A stretch of 63,889 bases of DNA, counting the filler, from Octopus bimaculoides (Eukaryota), in NCBI RefSeq assembly GCF_001194135.2. It is 7 parts of 6 records of this genome, joined end to end, with 100 filler letters (N's around TTAATTAATTAA, not from the genome) between each part and the next. Parts side by side here need not be neighbours in the genome. Positions count along the whole stretch, not along the records: positions 43,626 to 56,038 come from NC_068986.1; positions 56,139 to 60,096 come from NC_068983.1; positions 60,197 to 62,379 come from NC_068982.1; positions 62,480 to 63,889 come from NC_069004.1; 3 more parts are not named here. One strand, given 5' to 3'. Made by a program: the position numbers and the translations under genes. Every line of letters begins with the position of its first letter. Position 1 is the first letter of the stretch. Below, piece by piece: positions 51,909 through 63,889 of this stretch. Below the pieces are notes generated by a model, which was not told the DNA's origin, did no database searches, and saw only the letters and a program-made list of their open reading frames with translations.

Positions 51909-52323
51909 ACGCCATCTTGTCTTGAGAAAAGTCTAAATATTAGAAAGTGAGCATTAATCTTTGAAGATTCATTTTTTCATCTGATGCCAATCAGATAATA
52001 CAAGAACACTTCCTAAGGTGGAATTTAACCAATTACACAGCTACCCAACAAAATATGGTATGGTGCCTAGCGAAACTGAATCAATATTTTTAATTTAAAA
52101 ATGGCTACAAGCAATGTTTATCAACCAACCAATTTTAGTGAGAAAGAAGAAGAAAGAAAAAAGAAAAAGAAAGAAAAATAGAAACATTCCAAGACCTTTT
52201 GTGTGAATTATATTTTCCTGGAATTTGAATAAATATTGTCTAACATCAAAAAGTCATTCACATACCATCATAAATAATTTCATGTACCACAAAGACATTT
52301 GCATACCAGGCTGATATAGAGAC

Positions 52324-52394
<71 letters not shown>

Positions 52395-53058
52395 GTATGG
52401 TATTTTGTTGTATAAGGCTAGACTGACCTGTGGTAAGAGCAGAAAAATGTGAAAAATGGTGTCATTCTATTAGAAAGCGACGTTGCTTGAATAAAACTGA
52501 TTATTTGATGCTGAAGTTTTCCAATTTTGCAAAAGTAATGCTTCAGGATAACAATTAAATCCCAAAATCTTTTTAAATGGTATTACATTACATATCCCAC
52601 TTTGGGGGGGAGGAGAAAAAACAAAAAGAAAAGCTGTCCCCCACCCACCCCACAAAGGACTAAAATAACAAAGATAAATTCTACTGGGAGCAAAATTGTC
52701 CTAAATATATTGGAATGTCTGTAGTTCTTACATTATTGGGAAAAGAATTTGGCAAGGTCAAAACTTAAGCAACATTTTCAATGTAAGTATTGCAATATGT
52801 AAAAACTCATTTGATTTACCATTTAGATGGCTTTAGGCACATTTTTTAAAAATTATGTATGTACGTACATATGTACGTATGTATGTTCTTCTGTTTTCTT
52901 ACTTGCTTCAGTCATTTGACTGCAGCCATGCTGGAGCACTGCATTTAATCAAACAAATTGACACCAGGACAGATCTCTTTTGCCAAACCATTAAGTTACG
53001 GGGATGTAAACACACCAACATCAGTTGCCAAGCAATGGTGATGGGGACAGAGACACAA

Positions 53059-53100
<42 letters not shown>

Positions 53101-53639
53101 ATAAGATCAATATTTAAATATCAATTTTATCAAGTGGCCAAAAACAAATCAATATTTAAATATCTATCTTATCCTTATTTATATAAATTTATTTCGTCAT
53201 TATATTTAATTCAAAATAATGTGAATAAATAAGCATTACATTTGACAGAGTAATCTCAATGCCAAAGGATTAAATTTCAAACCTAAAAAAAAAAAAATCA
53301 ATAATTTTATGTCAGAAACTTTCAAACTTAATACACTGATTAGCCCTATTAATACCAATCCACCTAAGACCACCCCTACTGGTTCTATGATACAAACTTC
53401 CCATTTCAAAGTGATCTCAATTAAAACCTTCCTTCAAAATTTCATGTTAATTTATATTCAAAGCAGCAGTCTAATGACAGTTATTTTCATAAATTCTTCA
53501 CTATTTTCAAGATTAAATGGAATAAAAGTAATGTTTCAACAGAAATTTGGTAACAAAAGGGTCACCTAAATTCCTCATGAAAATTAATTGATACAAAAGC
53601 AATGCATTTGAACAGAATATGGTAATGAAATCAGAAAGT

Positions 53640-54170
53640 TGAACGTCAGGCCTGATGGAGACAAAGTGGCTGAGTACCTTTTGTGCGTTGGGCCTGATGG
53701 AGGCAAAATGGCTGAGTACCTTTTGAGCGTTGGGCCTGATGGAGGCAAAGTGGATGAGTTCCTTTCGAGTGTTGGGCCTCATGGAGGTGAGGTGGCCAAG
53801 CTCATGGGCCGCATGGAGACAAAGTGGCTGATTTCCTTTTGAGTGTTGGGCGTCACCGAGGTAAGGTGGCTGAGTTCCTTTCAAGCATTGGGGCTCATGG
53901 AGGCAAAGTGGCCGAGCTCCTTTCGAGTGCTGGGCCTCATGGAGGCAATGACCAAGACCTTTGGCATTATTTTATGCTTGAGAAGACTCATCTAGCTGAG
54001 CAAAATCACAGTCGTGGCAGATACTAGTGTCATGCAAATGGCACCCATGCCAGTGGCATGTAAAAGCACCCAGTCACAGAAAACCATGCCAAACCAGACT
54101 AGATCCTGGTGCAGCCTTCCAGCATGCCAGCCCTGGTCAAACTGTCCAGCCCATGCCAGCATGGACAACA
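53640..54170 (+). mobile_element. Family D copy with 42-bp tandem array at its 5' side
   Basis: About 7 units of GGGCCTSATGGAGGCAAAGTGGCTGAGTWCCTTTTGAGYGTT (53645-53945), followed by the family D body. Confidence 0.8.
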
Positions 54171-54643
54171 ATTTATTTTTTAAATTAACCCAAACAAAAG
54201 TCAACAACGTTTTGTATTTTCCATGCTGTCATGGATGGGTTGGACAGTTTAAAGGATCCAGTGAACTGCAGGACTACATTGAGCTCCAGCGTAAGTCTTT
54301 GCAAAGTTTCTATGGCTGAAAACCCTTCTTAATGCATGCCAACCATTATACAGACTATATTGGGCGTTTTTCTCATGCCACTTGTACTATTAGGGGTGGC
54401 AAGTAACTTGTAAGACAGGGTAAAGGAAAAAGAAAAACCCGACTAAGTATGTGTGCGTGAGAGGTGGTATTTAAGAGGTGGGTAATGTTATGCCAGATGT
54501 TGAGAGGGTAGAGCAATTAATGTATTTCATTTGAGATAGGATTACAAAACGGGATCCATTTTAGCGACATGAAACCTTACAACTTCACCAATTAAAAATA
54601 TTTTTACACAGTTAAAATAATGACAACCATTTAAAATGTTAAA

Positions 54644-54853
54644 TTAACCCTTTAGAATTTGACCCAGCCACATCCAGCCCAAATATTCTACCCGTTTTAT
54701 GTTCAAACTAGCTAGATCCAGCCTCTCACACCAACCCTATAATGTCATTCATAAAAGAAACAATCAACCTACAAGATATTGCACGATTAATTCAAACAAT
54801 GCAGATGATATTTATTTACATTTGACAGAGAGATCTGAATGCTAAAGGGTTGA
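54644..54853 (+). mobile_element. piggyBac-like MITE
   Basis: TTAA-CCCTTTAG ... CTAAAGGG-TTGA: short TIR starting CCC with TTAA-type TSD. Confidence 0.7.
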
Positions 54854-55315
54854 ACATAACTCTTCCATAAAACTTAATCTCATACCTAAGCTATATGAAA
54901 GAATCAGAAGTTTTGCTAAAGATGCGTTAATATCACTAACATGAGTATGTTGTGTCCAATTGTGTGTGTGGAGGTACATGGCTGAGTGGTTACGGTGTCG
55001 CACTCATGACTGCAAGATCCTAGTTTCAATTTTCAGACCGGACATTGCATTGTGTTGTTCTTGAGCAAGAGACTTCATATCACGTTACTCCAGTCCACTT
55101 AGCTGCAAGTGAGTTAACTCTGTGATGGACTGGCATCCTATCCAGGGGGAATGTTGTGATGATGGCCACATATACCAGGGAAACCAGGTGACTGGTTCCA
55201 TGAGTCCTGGGACTCAAGACAGTATTTACTGATGCACACATCTTTCATCTTTTACTCGTTTCAGTCACTGACCACTACATTTATATTTTTTTTCTCCTTA
55301 TTTCTCTCTGTGTTC

Positions 55316-55350
55316 CTTTCAGTTGAAGAGCGTAGCTCGAAACGTTAAAG
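55316..55350 (+). ncRNA. Hammerhead motif with mutated core (sister of 25140)
   Basis: CTTT-CAGTTGA-A-GAGC[GTA]GCTC-GAAA-CGT-T-AAAG. The host repeat 55277-55442 is highly similar to 25095-25270. Confidence 0.5.
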
Positions 55351-55440
55351 ACTTTCTCTATTCCCAAGCGTTAAACTAATACATCCATTTGTTGTTTACA
55401 CCACCTATCTTCATCTGTTGTTTTTTTCGTAAATTCTCCC

Positions 55441-55499
<59 letters not shown>

Positions 55500-56164
55500 T
55501 TGGAGCCTGGTGTTGCCATCCGGTTTCACCAGTCCTTAGTCAAATCGTCCAACCCATGCTAGCATGGAAAGCGGATGTTAAACGATGAGGATGATGATGA
55601 TGATGATATATATATATATATATATGAATGCTTGCTACTTCGTACTTCTACTCTGGGAAATTCTATACAAACAGTCATGGTTGTGTCCTATCAACGCGTG
55701 ACCATGGTCATTTCCAATATTCTACAGAATTAAGTACTAACTTAAGCGTTCTGTCCCTAAAAACTCTTACGATGCAGGAAAAGTCAAAGTGAAATACATA
55801 CACAAAGCAGGAAACTGCACACACACACACACACACAGAGAGAAAAATTTGTTTCTAATCCACTCAAACCCATCCAAAAATAACTGAATAAACAAAAAAC
55901 AACGAAACCATCCAGTTTATGAAACAATACAAGGTTATTCAAAGTGAATATATTTCCCACGAGACAATGATGTGTATTACGCGAGTATGTATATGAATGC
56001 GTATGAGTGCATGTACACGTGTGTGTCTATTTATATATNNNNNNNNNNNNNNNNNNNNNNNNNNNNNNNNNNNNNNNNNNNNTTAATTAATTAANNNNNN
56101 NNNNNNNNNNNNNNNNNNNNNNNNNNNNNNNNNNNNNNTCTCTCTCTCTCTTTCTCTCTTTCTC

Positions 56165-56492
56165 TTTCTCTCTCTCTCTGAAAGTATCTGTCATTACAGT
56201 ATCGAAATGTGATTGTTTCAGTTAGTGGAATAGTTTCATTTTTAAAGTGAAAGTATTTGACATGAGTCACTTTTGACACGTAATACTTAAATAGTGGAGG
56301 AGATATTATGTTGCCGTGGGCTCGAACTCTGCAAGAAGTTAAATTTTTGACTAAAACACAACTGGAATCCTAAGTAAGGCATCTGTAAAATTTGAATGAA
56401 ATTGGTTGCGTAGTTCTCGAGTTTTAGGGATTCACACACACAGACAGACAGACAGACATACAGACACACATTCTCATTTATATATATATAGA
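56165..56492 (+). mobile_element. Non-autonomous Helitron-like element with (CAGA)n
   Basis: AAAATTTGAATGAAATTGGTTGCGTAGTTCTCGAGTT-(CA)n(CAGA)n-ATTCTCATTTATATATATAGAT layout resembles Lep1/HINE-type elements. Confidence 0.5.
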
Positions 56493-57637
56493 TATGATCA
56501 GTAGTGTAGGACATCATAGAAGGAAAACTAGTGTAATTACCAAAATAGGATGACGTCAGACTAACTAGGCAGGGGTTATTATGGGATAATATTATATATA
56601 GCACACCACATACAATAATATATAGTTTATAACACATGCAATGCAATTTAGTTCACCAAAAAAAGGACCGTAAAAAGAACTTCCTGCTGTTAGACTGGTT
56701 TGCCCGACTAAGTCCATTATAGGTCGACTCAGTAAATCTGTTCTGGATACTGTACTACTAATAATATATTCGTTATGAACTGTTACTTTTCTTGTTCTTA
56801 AATAGGTATTTTTGAGTTACTTAAGTCTATGCAGGATGGATATACTATATCCATATAAATGTATAGATGTTTGTGTATGTGTATATATGTATATATGTAT
56901 ATATGCACATATATAGATGTTTGTGTATCAATAGCATGTATATCTTTCCAGCTATTCCATAAGTAAATGCCTTGAGCAGTCATTATAGAAACCACCTAAT
57001 AAGTAATTAATTAAGCACATGAATGAATATTGAACTGATTCTATGTAATCTTACCCTATTGTTTTTATGTTTATAATTGATATCTACACACATTTGACCT
57101 ATTTTGATTATGACATCATTTTTGAAAATAACGGTAACATATGATAATATTTATGACCATACCTAGCCATGAGCTGTCAACTCACACTTGTCTTTTATTC
57201 AAAATAGACACAAACTTCTAGTCTTAGACTTAGTAGAAATAAATGAATTAGAAAGGAATTACAACCCCTTACAAATCTATAGCCCCAATAGGCTTCATGC
57301 GATTCTCGAAAGTGTAGACTATTCTTAGCTAGAATATCGACAACATGAATTTCTTCCATCTTCTTGCTCCGTTAAAATATTTGAGAAAAAATTATATTAA
57401 TGGGTTCAACTTGTTAAAGTTCTATCTATTTATTTATTTGTGCAGCTGAAGATAGCATTGCATTTAAATTTATATAATGATTGCATTGTTCAATTAAATG
57501 GAACAGTTTGAAACTGTCGTACTGCATCACACCTTGATATCTTGTTACTTATTTCAATTTTATTCACCTTCGACCTATGAGGATAATACCGGTCTGTCTT
57601 GGAGCTTCAGCTCAAGTATCTAATTCAACTGAATGTC

Positions 57638-57674
<37 letters not shown>

Positions 57675-58221
57675 ACGGTGCTCCAGCATGGCCGCAGCCA
57701 GATGACAAAGAAGTAAAAGAATAAAAAAATATACATACATATTTACNNNNNNNNNNNNNNNNNNNNNNNNNNNNNNNNNNNNNNNNNNNNNNNNNNNNNN
57801 NNNNNNNNNNNNNNNNNNNNNNNNNNNNNNNNNNNNNNNNNNNNNNNNNNNNNNNNNNNNNNNNNNNNNNNNNNNNNNNNNNNNNNNNNNNNNNNNNNNN
57901 NNNNNNNNNNNNNNNNNNNNNNNNNNNNNNNNNNNNNNNNNNNNNNNNNNNNNNNNNNNNNNNNNNNNNNNNNNNNNNNNNNNNNNNNNNNNNNNNNNNN
58001 NNNNNNNNNNNNNNNNNNNNNNNNNNNNNNNNNNNNNNNNNNNNNNNNNNNNNNNNNNNNNNNNNNNNNNNNNNNNNNNNNNNNNNNNNNNNNNNNNNNN
58101 NNNNNNNNNNNNNNNNNNNNNNNNNNNNNNNNNNNNNNNNNNNNNNNNNNNNNNNNNNNNNNNNNNNNNNNNNNNNNNNNNNNNNNNNNNNNNNNNNNNN
58201 NNNNNNNNNNNNNNNNNNNNN

Positions 58222-58287
<66 letters not shown>

Positions 58288-60242
58288 CATATTTGTATGT
58301 AGGTGTATATATATAGATGCAACGGGCTTATTTCAGTTTCCGTCTACCAAATCCACTCACGAGGTTTTCGTCGATCTGAGAGCTATAGTAGAAGACATTA
58401 GCCCAAGGTGCCACGCAGTGGGATGAACCCGGAATCATGTGTGTGGGAAAGAAGCTTCCAAACAAGCTCATAAATATATACATATATATATGTGTCTTGT
58501 ATGTGTGTGTAGGCATTTATGTGTGTGTGTGTGCGTGTATGTGTGTGTGTGTGTGCGCGCGTCTGTGTGCGTGTAGGTGTGTCTAAGATAATGTACGTTC
58601 GGTTCATATATAGCAGAATACACGAGCGTTGTTTTGCTGGTCGGATGTAAAGAATTCATTTGTATATACGATATCTGTGCAAGCATGGTTCATAGAGAGC
58701 TGTAGGGATAGTGTGAAATTTTATTTTGAGATTCCTCAGCAAAATGTTGATATTTCTAACACTCTACGTTTATGCTGCTTGAAACCTAGTTTGGTTAATA
58801 GTCTTGAAGTTTTCCACATCGATTTAGCTATATTAGTATTTGTTGATGGCTAGCTCCATAAATAATTGGTGCACTAACAGTCGTTTGTTTGCACTCTATA
58901 TTGTACTATACTACATATTTATAGATTTTAAACCAACATTTTCGGTACAAATGGATTTAAGTCGATATCTGTACATACAAATTTGGTGAACTAAAAATAA
59001 AGAGCTAGCCGGAGTCGTTCCAGTACATGCAATTGATTCCGTCAACGCTCCTGAAATGTCCTCAACGGATTTAGAACACGATATTAATTCGGACACGAAC
59101 ACTCACACCGAGACGCTTATAGACACTCGCACACAACCATCCAGATACACGCTCACACAAAGACACATACACTCACACACAAACAAATACGCACATTCAC
59201 ACAGATACGCGCTTATATATATATATAAATGACACAAACACATATGTAAATGACTTCAGACGTGAGTGTTATTGTAAGTTAGCACTGAGTATATGCCTGT
59301 CATGCTACTCAATGCTTGTGAATTCTTATGCATTATAAAACAAAATATTTAGACGTATACATTTTACATAGAGAGGTTATATTAAAAAGGAAATACCATT
59401 TAAATCAAGCAACAAAGTCTGTATCTAGATCTTCGCCCGGATGATATTATGCACAAAATACTTACGAGATCGGATGTGCTGTCATCAAAAGTTTAATGTA
59501 GAACATATTGTATACATTACATACTTTACTGCATAATATTCAAAGGATTATTCCGTGTTAAACTACTTTTTTAAAATATGTATTCCGCATAAAATCTCCT
59601 TGTTATTTAAATAACAGCAGCATCAAAATTTCGAAGGAAAAATAACTTGTACAAGGACTGAAAATATGCATTATATAGTAAAGAAACAAGAATGACTAGC
59701 GCAAAAAATGCCAGCATGCGTTTCCAGAGTTATCATTTAATCAAAAATTAGTCATATTAATTGATATTGCGCAATTTTACGTTGTTGCATATTCATTCCT
59801 TTTCATATGGCCATGCCGTAACTTTTATAAAAGGCATGAATGAAACGCGCGTTTCTTAACTTTATTAAACAACACATAATATGATGCAATGCCTCGCTGG
59901 TACATAAATTGATGCACGGGCTGCTGAAATCCAGTGCACATACGGTAACTTTGCAAAAAAAAGCAATTTTGGCTAGGTGAAGTATTAGAAACTTAACGTA
60001 CTCGCTGGAAAATTTCCATTCGACTATTGTCCAATGAAAGTGAACGTTAAACTCTAAGTAACAGTTCAGGGTTAGTTATAATTTTACAGCTTTAATNNNN
60101 NNNNNNNNNNNNNNNNNNNNNNNNNNNNNNNNNNNNNNNNTTAATTAATTAANNNNNNNNNNNNNNNNNNNNNNNNNNNNNNNNNNNNNNNNNNNNTATA
60201 TGTATATATATACATGTATATATATATGTATATATGCATATA

Positions 60243-60310
<68 letters not shown>

Positions 60311-61070
60311 CATCATCCAGTATATCTGTTTTCATATGCTTGCAGTAACTCAGTGTGTTGTATCACGTAATCTGAATTTACGCATTTCCGCTTGAAATAT
60401 CTTTATTGACTTATCAAATCTGTGATATCATGATATTCTGATGATGTTATGTATCATCCAGAATATGACAAATATGGAAGTTAATTAAATCTTCTCCTTT
60501 ATCAAATGAAGTGAAATTTTATATGGAATTTTTGCTAAAGTTACCGTTGTTTGGTTATAATTGAATGATACACCTGTGGGGTTTACATAGGGTTTCGCGC
60601 CAAACGAAGGATAAAGAAATGTTTATATGTTTGCATGTGTGTGTGTGTATGTGTGTGTGTGTTTGTGTTGTTCACTACTAATGAACTGATCAGAGAACTC
60701 AGACAGGTGAGGATATTTTAGAGATGATTATGACGACAACGTGAATGATGAAGATGATAACGACACTGATGATGATGGTAATGATGATGATGATGATGAT
60801 GATGTTTGTGATGATGATGATGATGATAATGGTGATGATGATGATGAGAGAAGAAAATGCTTCTAAGGTTTCACATAATCCTGCGTTTTAAAAACAAATG
60901 GTTTATAGTAGGTTGTTGTTGTTGGTGGTGGTGGTGGTGGTGGTGGTGGTACCCTACCTTCCTTCCATCAGCCTCAGAGACAAGAGAACTGTAATGGCCG
61001 CTACCGGCCCTCGTCTAACTTTGGCATAAAAAAAGGTAATAATATATAAAGAGTTATTTTCCAAAGAATA

Positions 61071-61516
61071 GGTGCAGGTGTGGCTGTGTGGTAAGTAGCT
61101 TGCTTACCAAAAACATGGTTCCACGTTCAGTCACTTTGCGTGGCACCTTGGGCGGGTGTCTACTACTATAGCCTCGGGCCAACCAAAGCCTTGAGAGTGG
61201 ATTTGGTAGGCGGGAACTGAAAGAAGCCCATCGTATATATATATATATGTATATGTTTGTGTATCTGTGGTTGTCCCACAACCATCGCTTGACAACCGAT
61301 GCTCGTGTCTTTACGTTGCTGTTGTGGTTACGATGCTGGTGTGTTTACTAAGTTAAAACCACTAAGTTTTAACTTAGTGTTTCGGCAAAAGGGATCGATA
61401 GAATAAGTACTAGGTTTACAAAGAATAAATCCTGGGGTCGATTTGTTCGTGTAAAGGCGGTGCTCCAGCATGGCCGCAGTCAAATGACTGAAACAAAATA
61501 AAAGAGTAAAAGAGTA
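61071..61516 (+). mobile_element. SINE family A, near full-length reference copy
   Basis: A-box-like TGGCTGTGTGG, B-box-like GGTTCCACGTTCAGTC, CORE-like GGCACCTTGGGC, internal (TA)n and 3' tail (AAAGAGT)n. Confidence 0.85.
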
Positions 61517-62479
61517 AAGCTATTGATTTAGAAGGCTTGTTTCAACCAGTTGAAGCCGGTATGAGATAAAAAATAAGAAAAAACATGAAATGCGAATTTA
61601 AAACTGAATAATTGATAACTTTCAAAGAATCATTGAAACCTGAAATCAGTTTAAAATTATTTCTGACATGTTCAAGTCGAGATTATTTTTATTTTATAAT
61701 GGAAGCCCCTTTTGGGATCAGGATGAAAAGCAAATTAATACATTGAAAAACAAGGTAAGATTGTTAGAATCATTAAACAGTAAAATAAATGACGTCTTAC
61801 AATCACAAGCTATTCACTTCATCGAGGATGACGAGTGTACTTATGAAAGAAAAAGCAACGATAAAAGGTTATGATACGATGAAAAGAAAAATGAGAAAAC
61901 CATTCTACAAATAACAATATCTTACTCATTGAGTGTTTTTTTAAAAGATATTTCAGAAAGCATAAAGAACAACAAAAGAGAAATATTTTACGAGTATCAA
62001 ATGAAACTAACGACAAATACTAAAGTGAATAAGCGATTAGCTTCTAAGTGTGCTACATCATGCGCAGAGGATTGTTAGCGGAGGTGGGAGATGAAGAAAA
62101 CAGAGGAGAAAAATCAATAGCAATAGAAATTAAATATTCAAAGACGAGAGAAAAATGAAGAAAAACAGATCTGTCAGTGTTGTGATTTTGATTGTATACA
62201 TTTATGTAATTTTATATTATGTACACATACAGGAATGATGTGTGTATGTGTGTGTGTGTATGTGTGTGTGTGTATGAGAGAGAGAGAGAGAGAGGAAGGG
62301 AGAGAATGTGTGTGAATAATAAAAGTGATTCTCCCGGTATGTCCAAGGAGCTTACAACTACATATATATATTATATATANNNNNNNNNNNNNNNNNNNNN
62401 NNNNNNNNNNNNNNNNNNNNNNNTTAATTAATTAANNNNNNNNNNNNNNNNNNNNNNNNNNNNNNNNNNNNNNNNNNNN

Positions 62480-62691
62480 ATATATATGATATATATATAC
62501 ATGACATATACATTATATATACATAATACCTATATATATATATATATATGATATATATATACATTATATATACATAATACCTATATATATATATATATAT
62601 GATATATATATACATGACATATACATTATATATACATAATACCTATATATATATATATACACATTTTATATACATATATGCATACATGTAC

Positions 62692-62744
<53 letters not shown>

Positions 62745-63004
62745 TATACACGACATACATTATATATATACATAATGCCTATATATATATATATATAAAT
62801 ATACATGCACACATGTACATTTATATATGTATATATTTACATATATACACACATACACACACACACACACACACGTGTATATAATCATGTATGCGCACCT
62901 CTGTGCATGTGTGTGTAGGTGTTTGAATGTATGTATGTATGTATATATGTATGTATATATGTATGTATGTATGCACACATAAAAATATACATAGATATAT
63001 GTGT

Positions 63005-63040
<36 letters not shown>

Positions 63041-63889
63041 AAGAGACAGGCAGAAACAGTAAAATTTATAACAACAAAATGGTAAAGGAAAATGCTTTTA
63101 ATGAAATCTGAAAAAAAAAACAAAAAAAAAAACACTGAAAGATGCCAATGGATTTGCGATTTGCATAGATAGACATAACAAACAGCTAGAAGACAACTGG
63201 CCATAACAAGAAACTATAAGCAGAGACCAAACGAAGCAAGACATAATAGTATAGAGAATGTGGCTGAAGGAATTCTACAGAATATTACTGTTGTTGCTGC
63301 AGGACACAAAATAGACAAGAATTACAAATAAACCTAATTTGAGAAATAAAAGAGCAACAAATAATTAGACATTTAAGTGGCTAATTTGGATAGATTTTCT
63401 TAAGTTAGTGAAGTACAATTATGATGTGAGAATTTCTTTTGAATGTTATTATATGTACATACTATATATAGGTGTGTGAAAATATATACATACATGCGTA
63501 TATATGTATACACGTGTGCGTGTGTACATAAATATGTATATATATATATATTCATTTATAATTGTGTATACACATTTATACACAAACACAAATATACACA
63601 CATACACACAAACATAAATATACACACATAGACAAGCATAAATATACACACATACACACAAGCATAAATATACACACATACACACAAGCATAACTATACA
63701 CACAAGCATAAATATACACACAGGCATAAATATATACACATACACACTTATACAGCACACATATATATACCTCCATGCACACACATTTATGTATTATACA
63801 ATTTATATATTTTATCTTCCTACGATAATATAATTTATACACACACGCATATGCACACCTGAATTCAATATATATATATATATATATAT
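62480..63889. repeat. (TA)/(CA)/(GA) compound microsatellite region
   Basis: Directly visible; includes short TA-rich tandem duplications at 62480-62660. Confidence 0.85.

Noticed and set aside
58620-59100. Unique-looking segment with short ORFs on both strands
   Set aside because: Multiple stops and no recognisable domain in any frame I read.
61644-62080. ~140-codon near-open frame (DEKQINTLKNKVRLLESLN...) with internal AAG|GTAAGA donor
   Set aside because: One internal stop, AT-rich composition, weak acceptor and no recognisable motif; only a homology search could rescue it.
623-63842. Long ORFs in the provided track (poly-YI, CV, HT, D, I and X-containing)
   Set aside because: They arise from microsatellites lacking stops or read through N gaps, and contain no domain-like content.

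Overview
Repeat-saturated, AT-rich animal genomic DNA. Roughly 10% is N gaps, including six artificial 100-nt spacers carrying TTAATTAATTAA. The SINE content and microsatellite load suggest an octopus (inference). I recognise no intact cellular protein-coding gene; almost all ORF-track entries are microsatellite- or N-spanning artefacts. Recognisable content: (i) dozens of copies of about four short interspersed repeat families, three of them tRNA-type SINEs; (ii) decayed coding remnants of R4/Dong (two copies), Tx1/L1, Penelope GIY-YIG and mariner elements; (iii) piggyBac-, hAT-, Mutator- and Helitron-like non-autonomous elements; (iv) a 59-bp satellite and smaller tandem arrays; (v) a candidate promoter at about 9.3-9.6 kb. 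The most notable signal is a dispersed set of minimal type I hammerhead ribozyme motifs in at least three Penelope-like short repeat families, with stem covariation between copies. Also notable are a 189-bp MITE with a 9-bp TSD and internal telomeric repeats, apparent microsatellite targeting by retroelements, and a CpG-eroded block at about 44-55 kb. Repeat boundaries are read by eye and are approximate unless a TSD or TIR is cited.
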